The translations under genes were made by a program, and so were the position numbers. A stretch of 64,000 nucleotides of DNA, taken from a phage. A model generated the notes under the pieces. That model was not told where the DNA came from and made no database searches. It was given only the letters and a program-made list of their open reading frames with translations. Each line of letters starts with the position of its first letter. Positions within the stretch are counted from its first letter, which is position 1. This document shows positions 39,756 to 47,622 of this stretch, piece after piece. The stretch lies in the sequence record PZ386966.1; one strand, 5' to 3'.

Positions 39756-40541
39756 ATGGGTATTGTAAAAATCATCAATGGTGATATCTTTGCAGCATTT
39801 GATAAAGGTAAGTTTGACGTCATCGGTCACGGTTGCAACTGTATGAACCTAATGGGTGCAGGTATCGCTGATAAGATTTCTAAACTTTACCCAAAAGCAT
39901 ATGAGACCGATACAGAAGTTTATCTATATGCAGGCGGTATAGGTCACAAACCCTGTGAAAATTTACTGGGTAATTTCTCCGTAGCACGTTTAAAACAAGG
40001 CCGTATAGCTAACCTTTACACTCAGCTTAAGACTGGTAAAGATGCTCGATATAGTGCTTTAGAGTCATCTTTGAAACAGCTTAACAGATACTGTGAAGTC
40101 AATCAGTTGAAGAAAGTCGGGTTACCTATGATTGGTGCAGGTATCGGTGGGCTAGACCCCCAAGCCGTCACAGTTATCATCAATCAGGTGATGAAGAGTG
40201 TAGATGTGTATCTGTATGTCTATGAAGGAGAGATGTACCACAAGTTACACTCAGGTTGGGAGAACTACTGTGAACCAGAATACTTTGCAGGTGTAGCAGT
40301 GTTCACGGATAATGCAGTTACCCTCTTCAGACGAAGAAAAGGTAAGATACATCAAAGTAACCCTCCGGTTGAAAAGATGTCTCTAAGTAACGCTCTAGTT
40401 ACCCACCTGTCGAAGAGCAATCACAGAATTGCAGTAACATTTGGCAGTGATGCAGATACTTACATCTATGCAAGAACTGATGAGGATATCGAGACAGTTT
40501 TCTCTTCGCCGGAAGTTACCTTCTTAGACGCAAAGAACTAA
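39756..40541 (+). CDS. macro-domain protein (ADP-ribose binding/processing)
   Basis: IINGDIFAAFDKGKFDVIGHGCNCMNLMGAGIADKI and VGLPMIGAGIGGLDP match the two glycine-rich macro-domain motifs. Confidence 0.6.
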   Translation: MGIVKIINGDIFAAFDKGKFDVIGHGCNCMNLMGAGIADKISKLYPKAYETDTEVYLYAGGIGHKPCENLLGNFSVARLKQGRIANLYTQLKTGKDARYSALESSLKQLNRYCEVNQLKKVGLPMIGAGIGGLDPQAVTVIINQVMKSVDVYLYVYEGEMYHKLHSGWENYCEPEYFAGVAVFTDNAVTLFRRRKGKIHQSNPPVEKMSLSNALVTHLSKSNHRIAVTFGSDADTYIYARTDEDIETVFSSPEVTFLDAKN

Positions 40542-40619
40542 GAAACTCTGTAGAATATTCACAAGAGACTAAGCCTTTCTTATCTGGTAAATTTTTCAGG
40601 TAAGGAGGGCTTTTTTATT

Positions 40620-40800
40620 TCAGGATTGTGCAGGTAGAGTTCTGTAGAGAAATCTGTAGAGAAAATTTTGAACTCCAAAGAGAAAATTCATTTTCAAACT
40701 GTGCAGGTAATCTCCAAAGAGCTTTTTCATTTTCAAAACGTGCAGACCCCACTCAGGTCGGGCAAGAAAAATCATTTGAGAATTGTGCAGGTAGGTTTTT
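40620..40800. repeat. direct repeats CTCCAAAGAG..TTCATTTTCAAA..TGTGCAGG (two ~36-bp units, extra TGTGCAGGTA copies)
   Basis: Units at 40672-40707 and 40713-40746; TGTGCAGGTA at 40627, 40700, 40787. Confidence 0.55.
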
Positions 40801-40968
40801 ATAGACAGCCAGACCAACCCCTCTCCCCCTCTTACTCCCCCTCTCCCAAAGAGTCAAGAGAAAAATTTGTAGCGGATTGAAAAATAATTCTTGATTATTG
40901 TTCTGTTTTGTGGTAGCCGTGTGCGCCCGTTTCATTACAGTTTTTTGCAAAAATATTTTTAAAATTTT

Positions 40969-40997
40969 CTTGACTCTCTGGATTTTGTTGCCTAGTA
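40969..40997 (+). promoter_or_regulatory. sigma70-like promoter for small-gene array
   Basis: TTGACT-17 bp-TAGTAT upstream of first small gene. Confidence 0.5.
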
Positions 40998-41050
40998 TTT
41001 GCAGCAGACAGGGTGACAAGCCCACTAACCTAAACTGGAGAATCTAAGAA

Positions 41051-41434
41051 ATGGCATACCGTGCAACTAAGTTCATCAACAAAGATAACTTCCGCAATGT
41101 ACTGGAGAAGTCACTTGATGAAAATTTCAAAGGTAATACTATTGTTGTTCACGCATTTAATTTTAAATATGACGTAAATGGTAACAGGATTAACCATTAC
41201 ACGGCAACCATGTTAGACGGTACTCTGTCAAGTGAAAAAGCAATTTTACATGCACTTGCAGGACGTGGTAAAAACCTGATAAGATGCGATAAGAGACGTT
41301 ATCAAGGTGGTGCATATGGTTACGATGATGCTATCTATCATCTTGAGAATATGGGCTATCTAGTAGAAAAAGCGGGAGTACCCCAAATTATTGGTAGTGA
41401 TGGCTATGTAACAATTTTCAAAATTAACCGATAA
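41051..41434 (+). CDS. hypothetical protein (small-gene array 1)
   Basis: Preceded by conserved TAAACTGGAGA..ATG initiation region. Confidence 0.5.
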   Translation: MAYRATKFINKDNFRNVLEKSLDENFKGNTIVVHAFNFKYDVNGNRINHYTATMLDGTLSSEKAILHALAGRGKNLIRCDKRRYQGGAYGYDDAIYHLENMGYLVEKAGVPQIIGSDGYVTIFKINR

Positions 41435-41519
41435 AGTACTTTACAAGGGGCTTAGTAGTTGATACCTTAAGCCCCAGATAAAGAGCTTTACCACTAAATC
41501 CTAAATTGGAGATTCAAAA
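41431..41519 (+). repeat. intergenic element A copy 1 (TAAAGTACTTTA palindrome + GGGGCTTA/TAAGCCCC hairpin + conserved RBS)
   Basis: Near-identical to copy at 43111-43199. Confidence 0.7.
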
Positions 41520-41810
41520 ATGGCTATTATCAAAAACGTTGTAGTTCCTGCAAAAACTCGTGATGACGCTCGCATCATGGCGAAAAAGTTAGGCGGGAAA
41601 GTGGTTGACAACGGAAAACAATCTGCTGTAAGGTGGGGCGTAAAGGCTGATAAGCAGTTGAAGTTAAAAAATTCACCAATAAACCTTTTTACATGTGTAA
41701 ACACTATCGGGAAGACAAATGTATACACGAAAAAGGCATATATTAGACGCGTAGCCTTAACATCCCCCATTCGTACAATGAGAGGTTATGCAAAACTGAA
41801 AATTAACTGA
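41520..41810 (+). CDS. hypothetical protein (array 2)
   Basis: ORF after element A. Confidence 0.5.
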   Translation: MAIIKNVVVPAKTRDDARIMAKKLGGKVVDNGKQSAVRWGVKADKQLKLKNSPINLFTCVNTIGKTNVYTKKAYIRRVALTSPIRTMRGYAKLKIN

Positions 41811-41899
41811 TAAAGTACTTTACAGGGGGCTTAAAAGTTGGTATCTTAAGCCCCAGATAAAGAGCTTTACCACTCAATCCTTAAACTAGGAGAGTCAAA
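41811..41899 (+). repeat. intergenic element A copy 2
   Basis: Same palindrome and stem, different loop. Confidence 0.65.
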
Positions 41900-42112
41900 A
41901 TGAACATTAATCAAAAACTGAAAGCCGCCTCACAAGTCCTATTCACAGATGATGACTATTTCAATAAAGACCTTACAGGTTTGAAATCTCTCAAAGAGAT
42001 TAAAGAGCGCATGAAAATTTATGGAAAACCTCGGTTAGTTGGCGTATTCTCTAACTGTTATGTTTATCAGCTTAATGGTCATTACAATTTTACAATTACT
42101 ATTTTATCCTAA
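41900..42112 (+). CDS. hypothetical protein (array 3)
   Basis: ORF after element A. Confidence 0.45.
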   Translation: MNINQKLKAASQVLFTDDDYFNKDLTGLKSLKEIKERMKIYGKPRLVGVFSNCYVYQLNGHYNFTITILS

Positions 42113-42128
42113 ACTGGAGATTCAAAAA

Positions 42129-42425
42129 ATGAAATTATCAAATAAAGTTCGTGAAAATCTGAGCAAGTTACTCAACAAAATTGATTTCATTGAAACATCA
42201 AGAAATAGTCATGATGTTATGGAATGGTTACACGGCAAAATAAAAGGTCGTCGTGTAGTAATTTGCTTATGGAATAGTTGCAGGGAGTATAAAAAACCTG
42301 TATTACAAATCAATGTTTATGATGATACTTTTAAAAGTCCTGTAAAGTCTAAAAGCGATTTATTAGAATCCTATGAGATATCTGTAAATGGTAAAGTGTC
42401 ACGTAAAGAGGAAACACCATGCTGA
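42129..42425 (+). CDS. hypothetical protein (array 4)
   Basis: ORF 42039-42425 trimmed to Met following conserved CTAAACTGGAGATTCAAAAAATG. Confidence 0.45.
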   Translation: MKLSNKVRENLSKLLNKIDFIETSRNSHDVMEWLHGKIKGRRVVICLWNSCREYKKPVLQINVYDDTFKSPVKSKSDLLESYEISVNGKVSRKEETPC

Positions 42426-42751
42426 TGACTGGTATCACTGCAATCATTGCCATTTTCGCACTCTATAAGGCATATAAAGCCTATAATCTAGCAAATAAAG
42501 CAATCACGCAGCAGGTTAGCAATAGCCTTGTAGAGAGCTTTCTAGAGCGCCTCAGTGATGAGCAAATAAAACGGCTAGAGATGAGCTTCAGATATAAAGC
42601 GAAAACCTATCAGATAAGTGACATCTTCAAAGATGATTTTCAGTTAGTCGATGATTATAATTCACTGATAAATGCTTTAAATATCAGTGACTTAAAAGAC
42701 TACTACGCTGTAATTGTTCAAGAATTGAGCAAACGAAAACAAAGTGTTTGA
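42419..42751 (+). CDS. hypothetical membrane protein (array 5)
   Basis: N-terminal hydrophobic segment MLMTGITAIIAIFALY. Confidence 0.45.
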   Translation: MLMTGITAIIAIFALYKAYKAYNLANKAITQQVSNSLVESFLERLSDEQIKRLEMSFRYKAKTYQISDIFKDDFQLVDDYNSLINALNISDLKDYYAVIVQELSKRKQSV

Positions 42752-42841
42752 CACTGGTTTTTAGATAGATTAAATTACACATCAACGGGGAGGGAATGAC
42801 CTTCCCCACTAAGTAAAGTCCTTAAACTAGGAGATTCTAAA
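42748..42841 (+). promoter_or_regulatory. element B copy 1: promoter (TTGACA-17-TAAATT) + GGGGAGG..CCTTCCCC hairpin + RBS
   Basis: TTGACA 42748-53, TAAATT 42771-76, hairpin 42787-42807. Confidence 0.6.
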
Positions 42842-43114
42842 ATGTATACTACTAACAACGGTCGTACTTTAAATGTCACTCTACGTCACTATGTAGATGG
42901 TGTAATGTGCTTTGAGGATTTACAAGCTGAGCAACACATCTTAGATTGGCAACTTGCAGGACTCCAAAAAACTACTACTGGATACGGTAAAAAGATTCCA
43001 ACTAGCTGGAAAGTATACTACGAAGGACGTTTGCGCAGAATTTATCAAGATGTGTATAGTAATAGTGCATCAAGTTACATCATGGTAAAAGGTAAAAAAC
43101 TGCATTTAGTATAA
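42842..43114 (+). CDS. hypothetical protein (array 6)
   Basis: ORF after element B. Confidence 0.5.
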   Translation: MYTTNNGRTLNVTLRHYVDGVMCFEDLQAEQHILDWQLAGLQKTTTGYGKKIPTSWKVYYEGRLRRIYQDVYSNSASSYIMVKGKKLHLV

Positions 43115-43199
43115 AGTACTTTACAAGGGGCTTAGTAGTTGATACCTTAAGCCCCAGATAAAGAGCTTTACCACTAAATCCTAAATTGGAGATTCAAAA
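43111..43199 (+). repeat. intergenic element A copy 3
   Basis: Identical by eye to copy 1. Confidence 0.7.
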
Positions 43200-43604
43200 A
43201 TGGCTATTAATGACCGTGAGTTATCAATACTGAAAGCACGTTTGACCGTTAACCGGATTAATGTTATTACATCATCAGCACCTGATGAGACATTGCACAA
43301 CATTATTGGAAAGATTCAAAGTGTTATCTTAGACGTTGAAAATGTAAAAAACTCATTGGCTGACGTTGCAGCAGGTATCACGCTAGACGGCGCACAATAT
43401 GAAATGGCTGACATGTTAGGCAAATCAAAGGTAATGAATAAAGAATTAGACTTGAAAATGTTCAGATTTGCTGTTAAAGTGTGGCTATCCGTCGAGTATG
43501 ACGCCAATTTTGCAATCGCTGATTTCTTTGCCACTTGGTTACAACGTAACTTAACAAGCTATGATTTTCGTGATATCTGTGATGCAATTTATGCAGAACT
43601 CTAA
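43200..43604 (+). CDS. hypothetical protein (array 7)
   Basis: 134 aa ORF. Confidence 0.5.
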   Translation: MAINDRELSILKARLTVNRINVITSSAPDETLHNIIGKIQSVILDVENVKNSLADVAAGITLDGAQYEMADMLGKSKVMNKELDLKMFRFAVKVWLSVEYDANFAIADFFATWLQRNLTSYDFRDICDAIYAEL

Positions 43605-43610
43605 AAACTG

Positions 43611-43704
43611 TTGACACTGGTTTTTAGATAGATTAAATTACACATCAACGGGGAGGGAATGAACTTCCCCACTAAACAAAGTCCTTAAACTAGGAGACTC
43701 AAAA
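43611..43704 (+). promoter_or_regulatory. element B copy 2
   Basis: TTGACA 43611-16, TAAATT 43634-39, hairpin 43650-43670. Confidence 0.6.
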
Positions 43705-43908
43705 ATGGCTATTATTAACGGCTTAAACATCGAAACAACACACATCAAAGACATTAAAGTTGGTGATGTAGTCCTTTCCCACGGCGTAGAGAAAACTGTT
43801 ACTGCAAAGGATATCAAAGAGGATTCTTTCATGGGTAGGACTCTCTTCGGTGATTCTTATTGCTTAGGGTATCTTGCAGTTTTAAAAGTTGTCAAAAATA
43901 ACAAATAA
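43705..43908 (+). CDS. hypothetical protein (array 8)
   Basis: 67 aa ORF. Confidence 0.45.
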   Translation: MAIINGLNIETTHIKDIKVGDVVLSHGVEKTVTAKDIKEDSFMGRTLFGDSYCLGYLAVLKVVKNNK

Positions 43909-43994
43909 AGTACTTTACAAGGGGCTTATAGTTAGATAAAGTAAGCCCCAGATAAAGAGCTTTACCACTAAATCCTTAAACTAGGAGAGTCAAA
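43906..43994 (+). repeat. intergenic element A copy 4
   Basis: Same palindrome; stem GGGGCTTA/TAAGCCCC with different loop. Confidence 0.65.
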
Positions 43995-44537
43995 ATGAAA
44001 TGCTTTCACGGCACTACTCAAGAAAATTTTATCAATCTGATTAATAACGGCGATAAGCCATCAGGTGCATGGAATTGTTCGGATATGGACGGCAATTTTT
44101 ACGTGTATCCAGAAAATAAAATCTATGGCGACGATGAGGAAGAGATAACATCCGAAGGTATTCAACAAGCATTAGGAAATGCCACTATTACCGCAGCTTT
44201 TCAGATGAAGACTCAAAATATTGTTATCTTAGAACTTGACATTCCAGAGGATGAGTTAAATGATGATTACTCTTGTGATAATATGTCAAGCGTGGCAAGT
44301 TTTACAGAGTACTTTGATTTAAATTGGATTAAAAAGGTTTACATCACTGAGTTTAATGCTATGTTTTCGCCTTTTTGTCTTCCTTCACTGGATAACCCCA
44401 ATTTAAACTATCTTGATGAGTCTCTGGAGCTTCTTGCTAAAAGTGTTCAACAGTCCGACAGTATTCAGGTTTTTTGTGATATCATGGATACACTGACAGG
44501 AAACATCACAGAAAGAGATTTGAAGAGTTTTTTCTAA
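43995..44537 (+). CDS. hypothetical protein (array 9)
   Basis: 180 aa ORF, hairpin terminator after it. Confidence 0.5.
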   Translation: MKCFHGTTQENFINLINNGDKPSGAWNCSDMDGNFYVYPENKIYGDDEEEITSEGIQQALGNATITAAFQMKTQNIVILELDIPEDELNDDYSCDNMSSVASFTEYFDLNWIKKVYITEFNAMFSPFCLPSLDNPNLNYLDESLELLAKSVQQSDSIQVFCDIMDTLTGNITERDLKSFF

Positions 44538-44603
44538 AAACCTATGCAATCACCTTATAAACACTGATTAGCCCCTTGTAGGGGCTTTTAGAGGGCTTAA
44601 ATC

Positions 44604-44837
44604 ATGCTTACAACTGTTTACCTCATCCTTTCCATCTGTAATGGTCATTCATGTGATTTTAAAGGGCTTGAGGAGTTTACAGGGAGTAAAGAAAATGCTA
44701 TTCAAGTTTGCCAGATAGCAAGACAAGACTATCCCGCCAGTGATGATATTCAATGCTACTTTAAGACAGAAGATGAAGACGGCGTCTATTTTGACAGTGT
44801 CGATGGTCAATATGAAATTATCATTGAAAAAGACTAG
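44604..44837 (+). CDS. hypothetical protein (array 10)
   Basis: 77 aa ORF. Confidence 0.4.
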   Translation: MLTTVYLILSICNGHSCDFKGLEEFTGSKENAIQVCQIARQDYPASDDIQCYFKTEDEDGVYFDSVDGQYEIIIEKD

Positions 44838-44927
44838 ACAAGCCTGATAAAAATCTGTAAATTGTCAATCAACGGGGAGGGAATGACCTTCCCCACTAAA
44901 TAAAGTCCTAAACTGGAGAATCTAAAA
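44835..44927 (+). promoter_or_regulatory. element B copy 3 (variant -35 TAGACA)
   Basis: TAGACA-17-TAAATT, hairpin 44873-44893. Confidence 0.5.
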
Positions 44928-45269
44928 ATGGCTTATGTAACCGTAATTACCGATAAAGCTGGCGCATCTTGGTCAACTCAGGTCAGTGATAAGATGTCAC
45001 CTATGCAGTGCCTAAAATACTTTGAACAGTGGAATAAAGGCGAGGACACAAGCCCCTTTCAAGTGATGCAGATTATCCATGTAGACAACGAAGGGAATAA
45101 AACGACGCTGAATAGTGAGTACTATGCAAGCCGTTTTGAAACGAGAAGTAAAACAATGAAACTTTTACGTGAATCCGGTTATACCCATATCGCCGCGTTA
45201 ATCTGGGATGACCTGCTAAAAAGTCAGCGTATCAGCTATGTAAAACCTGAAAAAATATTCATCAGTTAA
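44928..45269 (+). CDS. hypothetical protein (array 11)
   Basis: 113 aa ORF. Confidence 0.5.
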   Translation: MAYVTVITDKAGASWSTQVSDKMSPMQCLKYFEQWNKGEDTSPFQVMQIIHVDNEGNKTTLNSEYYASRFETRSKTMKLLRESGYTHIAALIWDDLLKSQRISYVKPEKIFIS

Positions 45270-45300
45270 TCAATGACTTACAAAAAACTTTTAAAAAGAT

Positions 45301-45325
45301 GTTGACAATCCCTCTTGACATTGGT
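45301..45325 (+). promoter_or_regulatory. double-TTGACA promoter-like motif GTTGACAATCCCTCTTGACATTGGT
   Basis: Same architecture as motifs at 10209 and 56082. Confidence 0.4.
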
Positions 45326-45398
45326 AACTTTGTTCGAGGGGGTTTATCTAAAAGGGATTAACTTAAAAGATTCTTTATAGATAGACTTAAAAAATTGC

Positions 45399-45491
45399 TT
45401 GCAATCAGATATCAAAACAAGTAAATTACTCATCAACGGGGAGGCAATAACCTCCCTACTAAGTAAAGTCCTTAAACTAGGAGATTCTAAA
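45399..45491 (+). promoter_or_regulatory. element B copy 4 (compensated stem GGGAGG..CCTCCC)
   Basis: TAAATT box 45423-28, hairpin, conserved RBS. Confidence 0.5.
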
Positions 45492-46022
45492 ATGAACAAG
45501 TTCAAAGCTATCAACTATATTCGTTCAAATAATGTAATGTCTAAGCCTGTTAAAGATACCTATGAATTTCGTTGCAATGGTGAGCACTTTGCTACTATCA
45601 CTAAATCAGAAAACGGGGCTTATTATATCCATCGTCGTAATGTTTCTACGGTTGTAGTTTCTAACTTTATGCAAGCTGTAGCGGAACTCCTCCCGCTCTT
45701 CTTAGAAAAGTATACCGTACAGTGTGAAAGTGTTCGTGAATGCACTAAAACAGTGTTAAACGGTTATCGTATGGCTTACGAGCGCTCTTTAAAGAATCTC
45801 AACAAGTACTACAAAGCACCGGAAGGTACTACCTCGACAGCCTACGGGGTAGGGGGCTTCAATGTTAGCCTTTACGAAGTGGAAGAAATCGAGCTTTATG
45901 ACCATCGCCCAAATGGTTACGCTAAAACACTGGGGGAAGGGTTAATGATGAATATCAAGAACTTAGAAAAAACTTTAAGAGAAATTGAAAAAGACATTGA
46001 CGAGACAATCACGAATCTGTAA
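45492..46022 (+). CDS. hypothetical protein (array 12)
   Basis: ORF 45399-46022 trimmed to MNKFKAINY after conserved RBS. Confidence 0.5.
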   Translation: MNKFKAINYIRSNNVMSKPVKDTYEFRCNGEHFATITKSENGAYYIHRRNVSTVVVSNFMQAVAELLPLFLEKYTVQCESVRECTKTVLNGYRMAYERSLKNLNKYYKAPEGTTSTAYGVGGFNVSLYEVEEIELYDHRPNGYAKTLGEGLMMNIKNLEKTLREIEKDIDETITNL

Positions 46023-46024
46023 AG

Positions 46025-46083
46025 TGTCTTTTAACGGGGGATGACCTCCCCCACTAAACAAAATCCTAAACTGGAGATTCAAA
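46025..46083 (+). promoter_or_regulatory. element B copy 5 (hairpin + RBS)
   Basis: GGGGGATGACCTCCCCC hairpin and conserved initiation region. Confidence 0.45.
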
Positions 46084-46347
46084 ATGGAACACGTAGAATT
46101 GACCACACTGTTACAGATTGCAACCGACAAAGAGGATGTAGCATTATTCCATCGTATCGAGAGTGATTTGTTCAATGGTGAAATCATTAAAGAGTCTTAC
46201 GAAGTTGTCGGATTCAAAGACGGTAAAGCGTTCGGATTCTTTGACCTCGACAAAGGCAAAGCGGTTACAAAATATGATGTTTTATCTTGTGAGATTCTGA
46301 CAAAATACAACGAAAAAAGGCTTGCAACATACGCCAACATGCAGTAA
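46084..46347 (+). CDS. hypothetical protein (array 13)
   Basis: 87 aa ORF. Confidence 0.5.
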   Translation: MEHVELTTLLQIATDKEDVALFHRIESDLFNGEIIKESYEVVGFKDGKAFGFFDLDKGKAVTKYDVLSCEILTKYNEKRLATYANMQ

Positions 46348-46415
46348 ATTACTAATCAACGGGGAGGTTATTGCCTCCCTACTAAGTAAAGTCCTTAAAC
46401 TAGGAGATTCAAAAA
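46347..46415 (+). promoter_or_regulatory. element B copy 6 (hairpin loop is the reverse complement of copy 4)
   Basis: GGGAGGTTATTGCCTCCC versus GGGAGGCAATAACCTCCC. Confidence 0.5.
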
Positions 46416-46664
46416 ATGGCAACTATCCGCGCAACTGTCAATGCTTATGGCTGTTATACCCTGGACGTTAAATTTGATATTGGTGGAACTGATGAGTGTT
46501 TTTCATTAGTGAAGACAGTTATCAAGCAAGTTATCCCAGATTATAACCCTACTGATGACTTCTGGAAAGACGCTGTAAAAGAGGCATTAAACGACGAGCA
46601 TCACTATCATTACTGGGGTGACTTGATTATCTCACTGTACTACAATAAACAAGGTTACAACTAA
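46416..46664 (+). CDS. hypothetical protein (array 14)
   Basis: 82 aa ORF. Confidence 0.5.
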   Translation: MATIRATVNAYGCYTLDVKFDIGGTDECFSLVKTVIKQVIPDYNPTDDFWKDAVKEALNDEHHYHYWGDLIISLYYNKQGYN

Positions 46665-46702
46665 TCGACGCAACGGGGCTAAATAGCCCCAGATACCTTT
46701 AC

Positions 46703-46726
46703 AGCCCCATTTAAGGGGCTTTTTTA
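46703..46726 (+). terminator. intrinsic terminator ending the + strand block
   Basis: AGCCCC-ATTTA-AGGGGCT then TTTTTT. Confidence 0.65.
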
Positions 46727-46900
46727 CGTCTATGTAATAGCCTCTATACAATCCTTTCCCTTTCCTTTCCAGAGTCTATCCCACTAATTTGATAGAATCT
46801 ATCTCGTACCTTAAAAGCAATAACTCTATAGTCTACTCTATAATCTCTTATCAAATCAACTTAAATATAAGCCCATAACCCGAAAGGGAAGGGCAACCGT

Positions 46901-46927
46901 TTAATTGGTATTGTTACCAATCCCTAA
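46901..46927. repeat. 27-bp exact repeat TTAATTGGTATTGTTACCAATCCCTAA (copy 1), contains TTGGTA..TACCAA palindrome
   Basis: Second copy at 47596-47622. Confidence 0.7.
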
Positions 46928-47595
46928 ACGCTCTATAAAGCTCTATAACAGCCTTATCAACCTAACTTAAGGGATTGCATTAACTCACCTTAAAAAGCTC
47001 TTTACAGGGCTTTATAGAGGCTTAAAAGAATCTTATAAGGTTATAAGCTTTATTATCTCGTTAGCTATCTTGTGAACTACTAAAAAGGGGCTTGTTAGTA
47101 TCTTAAAAGTATGTTATAGGGGCTATAAAGTTACTCCAAAGTTACGTAAATGTTAGCCCCCTTAACATTTTCTTAACAATTTCTTAACAAACCCTACATA
47201 GTTATGCTTGTTAGCCCCTTGTTAAATCTCTGTTACAACCATGTAAAAGCCTTGTAAGAACCTTTGACATAGCCTTTAAAGCCTCTGTAAAGCCCTATAA
47301 AGAGCTATCTGTACAGTTGGGCTGTAGTTACTAGGGAGAGACTTAAAAGGGGCTATGCAGAGCTATACAGAGCTTTTAAGAGGTATGTTTAAAGAATCAC
47401 TAAGAGGGAAAGGGAACGATAAGAAAAGAAAGTTGTGTTTGTAAACAACCACTGTGACCATGTTAACAGCTTGTTAAAAAGATTAAACACTTGTTAGGAA
47501 CTTGTTAATTATCTTAACAAAATAACTCTTTAAAATTAACTTGTTAGCTCTTGTTAATCATCTGTTAAGACTCTGTAAAGACTATGTATCAACTG

Positions 47596-47622
47596 TTAAT
47601 TGGTATTGTTACCAATCCCTAA
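47596..47622. repeat. 27-bp exact repeat (copy 2)
   Basis: Identical to 46901-46927. Confidence 0.7.

Noticed and set aside
40620-41025. ORFs 40620-40817 (-), 40668-40880 (+), 40753-41025 (-) in the repeat/promoter region
   Set aside because: Low-complexity translations spanning direct repeats and a promoter; no RBS; likely non-coding regulatory DNA.
41431-41519. Element A as a rho-independent terminator
   Set aside because: GC-rich stem is present but is followed by AGATAAAGAGC rather than a U-tract on either strand.
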